Shown here piece after piece: positions 51,852 through 64,000 of a stretch of 64,000 bases of DNA (positions are counted from its first letter, which is position 1; every line of letters begins with the position of its first letter). A model generated the notes under the pieces. It saw only the letters and a program-made list of their open reading frames with translations, made no database searches and was not told the origin of the DNA. The stretch comes from Convolutriloba macropyga. Taxonomy: Eukaryota. The DNA is taken from the NCBI RefSeq assembly GCF_964194025.1, contig NC_134478.1:29202001-29266000 (forward strand). Direction: 5' to 3'. The position numbers were made by a program, and so were the translations under genes.

Positions 51852-54800
51852 TACCAAGGAGGCTCACTAATGTGCGTTGGCACAATCACTACGTGGCCAA
51901 TGTTCAAAAAATTGGGCATACATTTTATCAAATTGGAGTTGTAAGTGTGTGTGTAGAAAAATTGTAAGAGTTAGTTCAAATTTGCTTAAAATTACCCCTT
52001 TCCCCACGGATACATTATCTAATTACCGAAATGAAAGAACGACTATTTGGTTATTAATTTCAGAGATGTCTATCTCTCTACTAATTGTGGATTAAAGGGA
52101 CAATTAGTTGTTTTGAAATTACCCATAGCACTGCCCACAAAATTTTTGTTTTTGAATTTGGTTTCAGGTTTCTACTAATAAAATTGGGTCCGTGAAATTT
52201 TAGGCTAATTACATGCTAAAATGATTTTCTTTCCCCAAAACGCAAAAAATATTGAATTTTGCCTTTTCGGACATTGGCCACGTAATGATGTTACGACCTC
52301 CTTTATTTTGGCCTAAATTTGTTCGAAATGAAACAAAGATAAGAAACTTTCTATTTATGAAAGAGTATTTTTGTAACTTAAAACATGACTGATCCTAATT
52401 GGATTGTAGATATGTATACCAAAAATTTTACTATCATTGAAGTATTTTTTTCTAATCATTTCACGAGAACGGAAAAATTGGACAGGTCAAATTGTACGGT
52501 TCAGAAAATTAAGAAAATTAATTCCATCTCAAAAAGCTATCTTGACCGCTTGAACGGAAATAAATCAGAAACCAACAGAAAATGAAAAACAGTAGCTAAT
52601 CTGTCAAGTTTTTTACTCATAAGACTTTAGACCCTACGCAAAAATTGCAGATCTCACCAATAGTGCTTAATTTCACTTTCAAAGAAAAATTGGCAAACCG
52701 ACTAACAAAACAACACAAATAAATTATAATTTCAAGACTGCATAAATTTCTTCTTTTTTGTGTTTTCAAGTGAAATTTATCAGTACATATACCAAAACGG
52801 ACATTTAAAGAAAATCTAAACTGTACAGAACACTATGGACAGGCAAAAAATTTAATTTAAGATGTCGTTAACAAAAAAAAACAAAAATTGAGTAAAAAAC
52901 TGCTTAATTTGAGTTTCAAAATCTTCAAAAATTAAACTTTTCACATAAAATTTAGACATTCTCATCAGCTTCAGGACACTGTTTACTTAAAAGGTTACTA
53001 AAGTTAATGCAAATTATTTTCCGTTTGTTTTTGCCTGTTTATCCAGTTCTGAAATAAATAATCGCAATTTTGTACAGTCGCATCTTGCAAAAAAAGAAAG
53101 AGCACCAGTACATAGCAAGTAATAATAAAAAGCAAATTATTTTTTTTAAATTTTGGTTACTCATAGAGATAAAGTCGTTAAGATCAACAATTATCAACCT
53201 TATACATTGAACAGGTTTCTCTTGAAATTTTTTTCGCTGAAAGCCTTTAGAGATTCAGCAATAAGACACCGAAAAGCTTACTTTATTGTAGAGCCTGCAC
53301 TCTTTGGTTGACAAACAATAACAAAACTTGGGGTATAAATAAAAAATAACTGAAAAAAACAGCTTTTGTTTGAAAACAAGGCATATGACAATACGTACAA
53401 GAAAATTATCAAATCAAGATAGAAAAGATTATGCAAAAGGTGAAAACGCGCTTTTCTTCAAAAACTGTTTTTGCAAAGAAATCACAACCAGTTACATATC
53501 GAATAATAAATAAACTAAAGGTGCTCAAAAATACACTAACTCTTGTGAGAGCCAATGAAGGTAGAGAACAAAAATTAACAAAGAGGAATAAAGTAGATTT
53601 GGCAATATAATTTTTTTTTCATTAGTAAAGTCGATATTACTAAATAAAGCTACTGAATAATTAAAAATAGCGAAAGAAACAAATCAGTGTATAAAGAAAC
53701 TTACTGCACTTGTTTTGGTTATTGTAAGATTCTGAATTTTGATTAGGCAGCCTATCACCGGAAAACATTAGCGCCCATATCTCACAATTTCGAAAGATTT
53801 TATTAGGTGGTTCGATTTTGTTTAAACCCGTTTATTTGCTATTTCGGCTCGATTAAAACCAGTTAGTTCCACTAGTCAATTAACAAACTAATAAATAAAC
53901 AACCAACAGAATAAATAGTATCCATAAACTCTAACACAGTAATAGTTAATTGAATAGAATAGTCCAACTAGAATAATAAAAAACAGCACTACCTCCAGCA
54001 CACCTATGCACTATTCAGATTACTGGCTGGTAACCCTAAAGCACAGTAAAACTCGAAAAAATACCCATAATGCCGAGAATTGTTTCGATTCCGATGCGAT
54101 TAATTAACAATGTAAGCAACCGTAAAATCTGCAACTATCATAGCTTTCGCTCTGTCACTGATTAGCCGCCTAACTTTTTTAACCACGCTAGGATACTATC
54201 CGAGGTTTCGCTCAAACTCAGAGGAAGCTGTGCCAATTATCTCTACTTTGTAGCAGCGACTATTCAGAGCTTCGCGCTCAATTTCTCAGGCAAACGCAAC
54301 ACAGCGACGCTAATAACGATTACAAGAGGCCTTCGCTCTTGAATACTGGCAAAATATGCCAAACAATGAGTCGTTGACTCACTCGTGGTTAGCAATATCT
54401 GCTACGCTTATGTGTAAGCTAACTTTATACTGAACCGAGCAAACAAATTGTTTGCTCAACCAAAACAACCGTCATTCTCGCGAGGATTTTACCTCTAGTC
54501 CTATTGGTTGGTGGGGTAAATGCCAAGAGTAATCATACCGTAATTCCGTGCCGTGGTTAATGTCATTACTTACTTGTTAATTATCAAGGTAGCTGAAACT
54601 CTTCGGCCAAAATAATATTTAACCAAACAAAATGCACTTCAGGAAGTTTTGTTTAAATAGGACGGTTTGGGGGTATGGGTATTTTTTCTGTCTAAACAGG
54701 CATTGGCTCAAGTCTATATACGAACTAGGAGAGGGTGTGTTCTTCAAAGAACAAAATGGCTGATTTCGGAAATTACCCCAAAATTACTTTTTCCCCTCAT

Positions 54801-57412
54801 AAGTGTTAATAGCTAGCTACCCGTTCCAGCGGAAACTACCGGTTCGGTTGTACATAGAGTTTATGGGGCCCCTTATGTTGCTCGTGTTTCCAGTTTTGAA
54901 CCGAGATTTTAGCTTCGCAAATTCGGGGGGTGTACGAATGCTCGTTCCCAAATTGTAGAAATTATCTGATTTGAGCAAATTTTGTTTTTTTTTTGCAAAT
55001 TTTGTTTTTTTTTAGTTTGAATAGATGTTGGCCAGTACTTGCTGATTCTGCCTTACAACAATCTTTTTGCGTACTGCAGCAAGCCACTATTCAAAACAGA
55101 ACGCAATTTCATATTAATCATTGTAGAATTCACTGATGTCCGTAACTCGCTACAATTGGTCGGCATCCTGTGAGCTAGGTTAACCGTGCAAATGATAGAA
55201 AAAGGTGATTGGATCCCTCTACTGCGACTCTTATGATAAAAACCATTTTGTAATAACCATTCAATGATGACAATTTCAATGATTCCAGAATTTATGATAA
55301 CAATACAGCTGATAACAGTGTGCGCCAATTTTCAATCAACTCTCATTTAGTGCATGCTAAAGCCGTCAATCTTTAGTAGAATATCCTTGACTGCGAGATC
55401 GGGGTAAAACAATTTAACTAAGTTCTTTCGCTCTCGGTTTCTCGTTACATGCAATGCTGAGCTCAATCAGCTTGATTGCTCGTTCTCCATGTCTATGGTT
55501 TCATTTGCTTTCGAAGCTGTGAGACGTCACATGCTCGCAGCTAATTTGATGTTTCAAACTAGATTGTTTAATTCTTAGCCAGTACTGAAAAAAATTTTAT
55601 GCCTAAGCTATCAATCCCTATCTTTTGAGCTCATTGGTTACGATATCACATTAATCAACAAAGAAACAGAAAAGGATCTGAAAAAAGAGTGAACTCACTT
55701 TCCTCAAAAACTGATGTTTTTAAAATTATCTTAAAACCTTATGCGTAGAGTTGAATCATGCTAACGGTCTTTAAAATTCGCAAATTAGTTTTAATTTCAC
55801 AGTTATGTGAATTTTTATACGAAGCAGTTTTTTATTTGAAGCAATTTTTCTGCAATCTTTATCATTTACTGTTATAGATCGAACACCATGTGCTCTAAAC
55901 CTAGGCGACAATGTGACGCAAACGACATTAGCAAAAAAATCAGTAACTTAATTTTAAAATCACAAATTTGAAAATAAGACCGTTTGAAAATAAATTTGCT
56001 GGAGACAAAAGCAATTGCTGCATTCTGAGACCGCATGGAAAATAGATAATCGTACCGTCAGAGTGTTCATGAGACCTTTTCGTTTTGAGACCGAAAAAAC
56101 TATTTCTCAGATTTTTTATATCTTTAATGGGCATACGTTACAAGTCGATCAAAAGAACAAATGCTGCGCAGAAGACTTCAGAAAACTGTCAAAACTTCCT
56201 CTTATAAATATCAATGTAATTATGAATACCAAATCTTGTTGGCTCTCAACCAAAAATTTTTCAAATCGTCATTTTTTATAGAAAACTAATGGGACTGCAC
56301 TTAATGAGACTGAGAGTGTTCAGGCAAAAATATGGGCAAGCTCAGAAAATTGCGAAAACAAAATCACAGTAAGGAAGCCCAAAATTAAAAAAATTATTAA
56401 TTAAAAAAAACTAGTTTAGAATAATTTAGGCCTAATTATAACGGAAATGAGACTGTTCGATAGGGAGACGAAAAGACAAGTCAACAAATGGCAATAATAA
56501 CCGGCAGAATTTCACATGTCAAAAGTTTACAATAATTAAAAAAAACTGAGTTAATTTAAATCATGATCTAACAATTTATTGATTAAAATTTAAAAAAAAA
56601 ATAATATCTACTTGCCATTAGAATACTTTTTCTCGGCTTTAGAAACTACGAAAAAGTTGAGAAAAAAGAAAAACGGGAAGTCAAAACTGCCTCACTCAAA
56701 ATAAAATTTCCTGTAAAAATGGAAAAGTTTCTCTTGCACCAATTTCTCACTTTGTTTTAAAAACACGATAAGATCATAGAAAAAAGGTAGCAGGACAAGT
56801 CCTGAAACAGAATCCAAATAAAATTTTCAAAATTCGTGAACTGGCCAGCAGCGCGAACCAAAAGTATATCAGATTAAGAGAAATATATTAAAAATAAGTG
56901 ATGTTTTCCAGATAAATAAGTATTTATGGGGCAGCATTTTATGTCATGAACTTTTTCTGAGGAAGCAGAATTAAAAATAGCAGCAGTTTTTAGGTCTGTA
57001 ATTCCGGCAAGTTCGGATAAAAGTGGACTAAGAAAACCTTATCTGTTGCCATTTTTTATGAAGGCTGGTAGATTGAAAACTCAGCCAAATTTTTAGCCGA
57101 ACAAATCAGATCAAAAAGTTCAGAACCCGTACTCTATCTTCTCGTATAAAACCCATAACATCATTAATAATTTTTAAACATACTTTATCATAATTTGAGC
57201 AAAATGTGAACAAAAAAGGACATTACAATTTAAACTTCAAGAGCCTCTCGAAAAAGATGAAATTTGAAAAAAGTTTTACGCTCGATTGGCTTCCTAATCA
57301 TATCACTCGTGTTTTTGCGTCAAATATGTCCATCGGCCGAAACTGACATAACAAAAAGACCCAGTTGGGCATATAGTTCCACCCCTCCCTCCCCGCTTAA
57401 GTGGAGTCGGAT
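51852..57412 (-). mobile_element. Minus-strand HINE-like copy expanded by nested insertions
   Basis: The 3' end CAAGGAGGCTCACTAATGTGCGTTGGCACA (51855) is the reverse complement of the 10862-10892 terminus and resumes as ATGTTACGACC at 52288. The 5' end CCCAGTTGGGCATATAGTTCC..GTCGGA (57360-57411) is the reverse complement of 12594-12636. That both ends belong to one copy is inferred. Confidence 0.55.
51887..52287. mobile_element. 401-bp CACTA/CMC-type MITE with AT target duplication
   Basis: AT|CACTACGTGGCCAATGT...ACATTGGCCACGTAATG|AT, a 16/17-nt TIR. Removing it rejoins the HINE terminus. Confidence 0.8.
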
Positions 57413-57894
57413 CGATTAGATAATCCTGCTGATAGATGCTTGGTGTATCATGCCTAAAGATTGTTTTACAGTTTTTAGTAAAGGGCATAGTTTAAGCATT
57501 TTGCGCAGGTGGCAGAGGAAGAACTAAGTGGTTTCGGGATTCTCTCTCGATCACTGTTCTCAAGACACTTTGGGGTAAACAAACGGGATCTCAATTGCAA
57601 TGCATATATTTCTGTTTAGATTGTTTACTTTTTAATACCAGTTTGTCTCTCTCTCATTGCGTGCGTGTGCTTACGGCTGCAAACATTTATTCCATTCACA
57701 ATTTTTCCTTTAATTCATTAAAACCAAAGAAAAATTATAAGAATTGCGGGAAGGTGCTCGCTGTGCAATGCTGATGAACTCACCACCAGATTGTTCTCAC
57801 CACTTGCAAAGCTCTATAATCTTTTCACTCTATGAAAATATTTTTTTACGTTCAACTAGATTTTCTTACGCTTAACGCGTTGAAAAGAAAATAG

Positions 57895-58190
57895 TGCCCT
57901 TTCTAAGCGCAGATCTTACATCATTTTGTGGTTGCTAAGCGTAGATCTTACATAATTTGGCGTTTCTAAGCGTAAATCTTTACATAACTTTGCGTTTTAA
58001 TTTTTGAAACGCAAAATTATGTAAGATCTACGCTTAGAAACGCCCAAGTTATGTAAGATACGTGATAAATAGCGTTGATAAGATAGAAAAGTCAACGAAA
58101 TTTTTCGAATAAATTTTTGTTGTGAATGCGTTGAATTTATACCTCTAAATCCAACGCAAAATCATGTAGATATTACGTAAATTCAACGCA
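57895..58190. repeat. Foldback array of ~32-bp units: three direct copies, then inverted copies
   Basis: CTAAGCG(C/T)A(G/A)ATCTTACAT units at 57903, 57935 and 57966; reverse complement ATGTAAGATCTACGCTTAG at 58019. One more unit fragment lies at 59290. Confidence 0.85.
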
Positions 58191-59290
58191 TTATAATAAT
58201 AATAATAATAATGAATTTCACTAAACTTGGTTTCACCAAGCTTAGTAAGTCCCTAACGGAGCTTGAATTTGATTTCCCTCAAACACTGTCCATCCATATG
58301 GGTATGATTTTTAATTAAAATTCCTCATAGCTAAATCAAATAGATATTCTTTGACTTCTCTTTTGAATTTGGGAGGACTTGAATATGGGGTATAGTTGGG
58401 AAAATCACGCGCCAGTGACATCGAATTGTTGAAGTTTTTAACTCGGTAGAAAAAATTAGATCGGCAACGCTGGCGATTACATTCGTTTGAGTATAAAAAT
58501 ATTTTCTCGTTTGATCGTGTTTTCGGATGTCCATTCCTTATTTGCCAAAATTGCTCTGCCTCAAGTGGAAGTTTTCTGGTCAAAATTCTGTTTAGAACTA
58601 CGAGATCCAAAAAAACCAATTGATATGTGATCGGAAGTAAATTTACTGATCGAAGACAATCATTGTATTCTTTATCAGTAAAATGACTGTTTGATTGTAT
58701 CCATTTTAAACTTTTTCTCTGAAGCCTTTCCATTTGCCTGACGATAGTTTTACTGGCATACCAAACGTTTGATCCGTAAAACAAGATCGATATTATGTAA
58801 GTTTTGACTAGGTTGCATTTGACTGACAATTTTGTTTCACTTGGAATTGTTCTCTTTAGATAAGCAAGCTTCTGATTTGCTTTTTGTAGAACAAAAGTTA
58901 AGTGATGACCCCATGATAAATTTTTGGAAAAATATATGCCCAAGTCTTTGAAGTGTGTTTCCTGTGAGATGGCTCCATTGCTGGGAAGACGCAAAATTTG
59001 CTTGTTTTTATTTTTACGTAATGAAAATTGCACGTTTTTAAACTTATCGAAAATGAAGTTTAACCGATTCTCCTTGCTCCAAACAATAGCATTTTCAATA
59101 TCTTTTTCCAGCTGTATTTTACTGTCTACAGTGCTGACGATTTATGTGTCATCCGCGTATAAATAGCACTCATTGACAATTATTTCGGGTAGGTCATATA
59201 TATAAACGGGAAAAAGAAACACTGCAAAAATTGACCCTTGATGCCCACCGCTGGTGATTGGTCGAAAGTCCGATTTTGATTCACCGCCAA
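58191..59290 (-). mobile_element. 5'-truncated LINE (CR1/L2/Jockey group): 3' half of RT, 3' UTR and (TTA)n tail
   Basis: ITSGGHQGSIFAVFLFPVYIYDLP, CYLYADDT (~59148-59171), KDLGIYFSKNLSWGHH, LFYGSNVW, RSNFFYRV. The tail appears as (TAA)n at 58191-58212 on the plus strand. Confidence 0.93.
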
Positions 59291-59441
59291 TCTTACATAA
59301 TTTCGTGGTTTTTTAGCATTGACACCACGGCCCGAGAGCCTTTCGCTTGTCGCACTGTGCTAGATATTATTTTCTCCTCTATGAAGCACTTCAATGGTGT
59401 TTTGGGAATCTATCTTTCATTTCTACTTTTCCTGTTCGCAG

Positions 59442-59657
59442 AGCAAAGAAGTCAACAAAACAGTCGAACTTCTGATGGATGTAAGGTTGTGGATTCTTCT
59501 GCTTTTCCTCTTTCTTCCACTTTTAATTCCGCCCAAAAGTCCACCAGATACATTCCCACGTGTGAGCGGATTGAACAGCAGGAGATAACATGTATCCTTT
59601 CACCAGCCAATAGCAGCGCGTGTAGTAGTCGCGAGTCATGCGACGCATCATGTCCAG
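59442..59657 (+). CDS. Probable host-gene exon (EQRSQQNSRTSDGCKVVDSS...ACSSRESCDASCP)
   Basis: Long pyrimidine tract plus TTCGCAG acceptor, CAG|GTAAGT donor. 216 nt, symmetric phase 1-1, open frame, compatible with the donor at 51210. Confidence 0.7.
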
Positions 59658-60049
59658 GTAAGTTAACCAATGATTGGTTGACAAATTTGCAAACAGGCTA
59701 ATAAATAAACTTCTCAGCGCGAGTTCGTTTCTAACGTAAATTTCATCCTCTTCACTCTCTAAAATTTTCTCATATGTTATTACACAGTTTTCTGTGTAAA
59801 AATTGACACATGATAATATTTTGTGACATGTAACGTGACAACTAAGGTAAATTAAACGAGAAATAGCGTGATAGTGGTTTTGTTGGGGGATTTGCATGGA
59901 AAAAATGAGATTAAGCCCTATAAAAAATTATTTATATCTACATTATTTCCCATATGTAACTGAAGACTTTTATCGTGTATCAACTACAGGCGATTGTTGC
60001 GTTGATAAAAGTGTCATATCGGAAGTCAGAAAAACATAAATTATTTTAA

Positions 60050-61960
60050 AAAAATTAAACTATTTTAAACAAAGAGAGCATTGATAAAAAAAATTAGAAT
60101 GATTACAAAGGATAATCCTTGGTTCGAAAGAGAAGCTGGAACCAATTATGAACAAAAAACGCAAACAAAACGGAAAAGTTGGGGATACGTCTAGGATTAG
60201 AAATTTGGTTTGAAAAAAAACGAAACTTTGCTTAGCAAAATAAGATAAATAAAACTGAAGACTTATAAAAATACAGGGAAACATGCAAAAAAGTTAAAGC
60301 TGCATGTATTTTAGCTAAAAGAAGTTTTTACGAACAAAGGATGAGATAAGAAACAAATATAAGGTCCTTGTTCAAGCTTTTCAAAAACTATGTCAACTCA
60401 TTTCAAGTGAACTAAAAGATAGTTTTCTTGAGCTCGGTCAATAGATGGCAGAGCAGCAGCACAAACGAAAAAAAGTATGTGAAGTTTGTTTAGAAATTTA
60501 TTTGCTTTCAGACACCACCCCCACCAAAATTTATGAAACAACAAAAGGTCTGAATAACAAACAATCTGCTGCTGATATGTTCGAAATCATTAACGTAATA
60601 CTGAAAACAGTAGATCACACGATCGTCTGCGAAACCTGATGTAATGTTCTCAACAAATGGTTTGGATCTTATTTTTTTCCTGAAAAACTGAAAACGGCTA
60701 AGGTGATACCTTTTTTGTAAGAAAATTGCGAAGCAAACTACACAAAAGTATCTTTTTTTGCCTGTAATTGGCAAAGTGTTTGAGCACTTCTTTTCAAGCG
60801 CATTACTTCATATATTAAAAATGTGAAGTTCTAAAACGAAATCAGTACGGGTTCAGAATTAAAAAAGTACTTTTGAAGCAGTTGCCCGAATGTTAGAATT
60901 TTTCGATATAACAAAAAAAATAATCTTCATGTTGTGTGTTTCTTGATCTTAGTAAAGTCTTTAATACTGTTGAACATGAGATATTACAAAGAAAACCGTT
61001 AAATTTGTACGAGAAATATCCAGAATTCGAGGTACAGTTCTCAGCGTTTTGAAATCATCCTTATGCAAAAAAAAGAACAATTGGGATTTTGGAATGGTTT
61101 TCAGAAGCAAGAGACATTAAAAATGGTGTCCATCAGGTGTCATTACTGAGACCAATTCTTTTTTAATTTATGATTGATATATCTTCCGCTTGTTTGCGAA
61201 AAGAGCAAAACAACCCTGTTTGCCAGTGATAGATCAAATTACCGCTCTCTCTAAAGAAAGACACCAGAACGCTCCACAAGATCTCCATAAAGTTTGTGAC
61301 TGGATGAACAAAAGGCAGCTGAATGCTAATAATGAAAAATGTAGGTTCTATTAAAGCAACTCGAAAAGCTTAAGGCGTCTATAAAAACTGAAAAATTTGT
61401 AATAAAAATACAGAAAAGATGACATAATTAAGTATTTTTCTGGACCAAAAATTTTCTTTTGCAGAACATAGAAAAAGAGAAAATGAAATTCAAACATTAT
61501 TCAAGTAACAAATTATCTTTACTGTTTCAAAACAATTTTCATTTGTGCAACACTTGTACTCCTGTACAAAATTTATATATAGCCAATTCTGCGATATGGA
61601 GTCTTAGTTTATTGCACTGCAAAAATGACTGTACTTATAAAATTAATTCGGTCTCAAAGTCTGACCTTAAGAATTGTTTTTGATTTTCAAAAAAGTGAAA
61701 GCATTTCGAAGTTCAAAGAAAACCTAAAAATTTCAAACGCATCTGATTTTTCCTCTAGGAAATTGTAAAGGTGCTTTCCAAGGTTCTTAGAAAAAACTCG
61801 CCACAATGTTTTATGAAAAATGGGATTAATAAATTTGAATAAGAAAAACTGTTAATTTTTAAGTGAAGAATTTGGAAAAACTGAATTGAAGAACTTGAAG
61901 CAAAATCAACAACAAACACTTAAAAAATTTTGGTAACCCGAGTGCGCAGGATCTTCATTT
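60050..61960 (+). mobile_element. Highly decayed LINE ORF2 (CR1/L2 group)
   Basis: TAKVIPF (~60694), LPVIGKVFE, NQYGFR (~60840), FLDLSKVFNTVEHEIL (~60940), GVHQVSLL.PILF (~61125), LFASD (~61217). Confidence 0.85.
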
Positions 61961-61989
61961 CTTTTTAACTAAAACTGGATTATACCATA

Positions 61990-64000
61990 CCAATATAGAA
62001 TCTGAATATTTAGTGTGGAGGTTTTACCCTATTCACAATTCTTCAATTGTTCCTAGAATCTATCTTTAGAGAAAACTACTGGACTGGATAGTAACTTCAC
62101 AAACCTACTACTCTTAACTAGACTAAAGGGTTATACCAGGCCCTCCGTTCAAGTCCTAAAGAAAGTATTTTCAGGCGCTATAGAACTGTAGTCAATTGGC
62201 AATAATCATGATGATATTAGAATATGTTTGTAATGCTTCTCTATGTTTTATGATATTTTAGCTTCTAAGAAGTAATTTACCAAATGAAATATATTGGTGA
62301 CTCTAAGATTGAGAATTATACCAGGTCCTCATTTCATTTGCTAATTAATCGATCAACCAATATACTTAAAACAAATAGTAGATGACGTGAAGAGCTCGTC
62401 GGTGTTCACTCCACAACCCAACCAGACGAGTATTAACCAACTTGATAGAACTTTAAGACATTTCCCATCATGTACTTCAGGTTACTGCAGACCGTTTTAA
62501 TTTTCTACTTTGTTCACCATTCCATACTACATGGGTTAACTTAACTTGCCAAGTCTTGTACGAGCAGGCAGGCCTACCCTCAGAGTGGCTTCACTATGCG
62601 GTCTCCTAGAAGGAGCTTGGCCGATTAATACTCTCAGAAATCACTCGTCTTGATGTTGTCCGGGATTCGATGCTGTCCTCCAGTTCGTTAACCTAACTTA
62701 ACCTAATTATTGATTGGTTGATCACTAATTTACTAGTCACCAAACTAATTTAAATCCAATAAATTGAAGCTAGATTGAGCATGATTTCAGATCCTTAGAG
62801 ATGTATTGTGAAGTTACTAAAGGTGTACAATTACACAGTTGATTAACAGAAAACCGAAAGAAACTATTAAGTTTTACCCAATCTTAATTATTACAAGGCT
62901 ATGGTTCCTTCAGAACAAATAGTTACAAACGCCTATGAGTGCCAAGTATCGAAGCGTTTAGCAAATACCTACTAGATACCAGTTTAAGCTCTACTAAGTT
63001 ATAAGAAAAGGTCTAAAAAGATAAAGTAGTGGAAAATTTGCTAAGTTAAAGTAACGAAAAGTATAGTTACCAGAGTATACTAGTTCAAACAATTATTACA
63101 ATTTTCAGTACCACGACAGAGATCTGTTAACTCACTCGTCTAATAAAATTTACTACGCAATTCGGATTATCACGACAATACAATTATTTTCAGACTGCTT
63201 TTGGTTACACAACACGCATTACAACAATTATTCGCACAAACTGTTCTCTTGAAATTGGCTAAAATCGAGCCGTATATATACTGCTTATCTTTGTTTGGTT
63301 AAGATAGCTTAGTCCTATTTTTACCAAAAGTTCCTAATCTTTGTGTGAAAAATACCTTTTTGGGAAAAATCTTCAGAAGGTCATTCATGACTCTGATAAC
63401 CTAGCCCCCCTAATTTGGGTTTCTAATCAAATATTATGTGGGTGAGAATTTTTGTGTTCAATCTATGATATAATCTTCATCAGAGTCAATATTTACTTAT
63501 TCAACCGTTCTCATCAGTTTAAATTTCTTCACCATTATTAAATTTGTACAGGTTCAAATTTAGAATTCGCTTTTGTGTTGGGAATAATTCAAGGTCAGTA
63601 TTAATTTGGTTCTTTTCCGCAAAAACGCTTAAGTTTAACTTTCCATTCCTACATCCCACCCATCTGGACTAAACTATTCTCCTGAATAGTACAACATAGT
63701 GAAATTAGAGTCTAAAGTAAAAGTATATAAATGCACCATCAACATATTTTGCGGTACAACAATTTTATTGGACTTGAGAGTCTTTTGGTTCGCATTCTCT
63801 CTACAAGATCAAGTCTTTCTTCGTATGAGTTGCTTTCCCAGCATCTCGGATTCGATCAATGGATGGACTCTCCATCGGATCTTTCTGTTTGTTCAAAATG
63901 TAAGGTTTCTCCACTTTCAAATGGGTTGCAAGCAGGAATCCACGCATCCATGATAAGGTTTTGGAAACGCCATTTGTTATGAAGTTAGAACAATTTAGGA
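61990..64000 (-). mobile_element. Possible 3' region and LTR of another LTR retroelement, continuing beyond the right edge
   Basis: Composition shifts here. On the minus strand there is an interrupted reading frame at 63740-64000, a PPT-like AGGGGG (~63410) and TATATATA (~63275). No diagnostic protein motif. Confidence 0.25.

Noticed and set aside
59452-59897. Minus-strand ORFs 59452-59670 and 59523-59897 as a continuation of the LINE
   Set aside because: They have no RT motifs, LINE similarity ends at ~59290, and the region is better explained by the plus-strand exon.
63699-63982. Plus-strand ORFs at the window end
   Set aside because: Short, with no recognisable motif or splice support.

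Overview
AT-rich, repeat-dominated, intron-containing eukaryotic DNA, apparently an invertebrate animal; the species cannot be determined from the sequence. No rRNA, tRNA or CRISPR array was recognised. Retroelements are: a decayed Ty3/Gypsy LTR element on the minus strand (1-~6.7 kb) whose pol carries a 157-bp direct/inverted/direct triplication; a decayed RLE-type, CRE-like non-LTR element (23.8-27.1 kb); three decayed CR1/L2-group LINEs; and a BEL/Pao remnant (43.4-46.3 kb) embedded among three copies of a ~1.3-kb unit that retains a Cys-rich reading frame. Other repeats are: a family of Helentron-associated (HINE/DINE-like) non-autonomous elements (3' ends at ~10.9, 15.2, 17.3 and 51.9 kb); a ~1.3-kb tandem repeat of 2.4 copies with G-tracts (19-22 kb); two GGATCT-ended elements with 8-bp TSDs (28 and 164 bp, Merlin-like); a CACTA-type MITE; and a 455-bp foldback palindrome. 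One assembly gap lies at 27684-27816. A plus-strand host gene largely missed by the ORF track was reconstructed by hand from canonical splice sites (ATG at 39966, five further exons at 48.8-50.5 kb including 34- and 32-nt micro-exons, 178 aa). Further in-phase exons at 50.6-51.2 kb and 59.4-59.7 kb can be reached only by bypassing a TAA or by frame-switching splicing. All assignments come from reading motifs by eye; no database search or alignment program was run.
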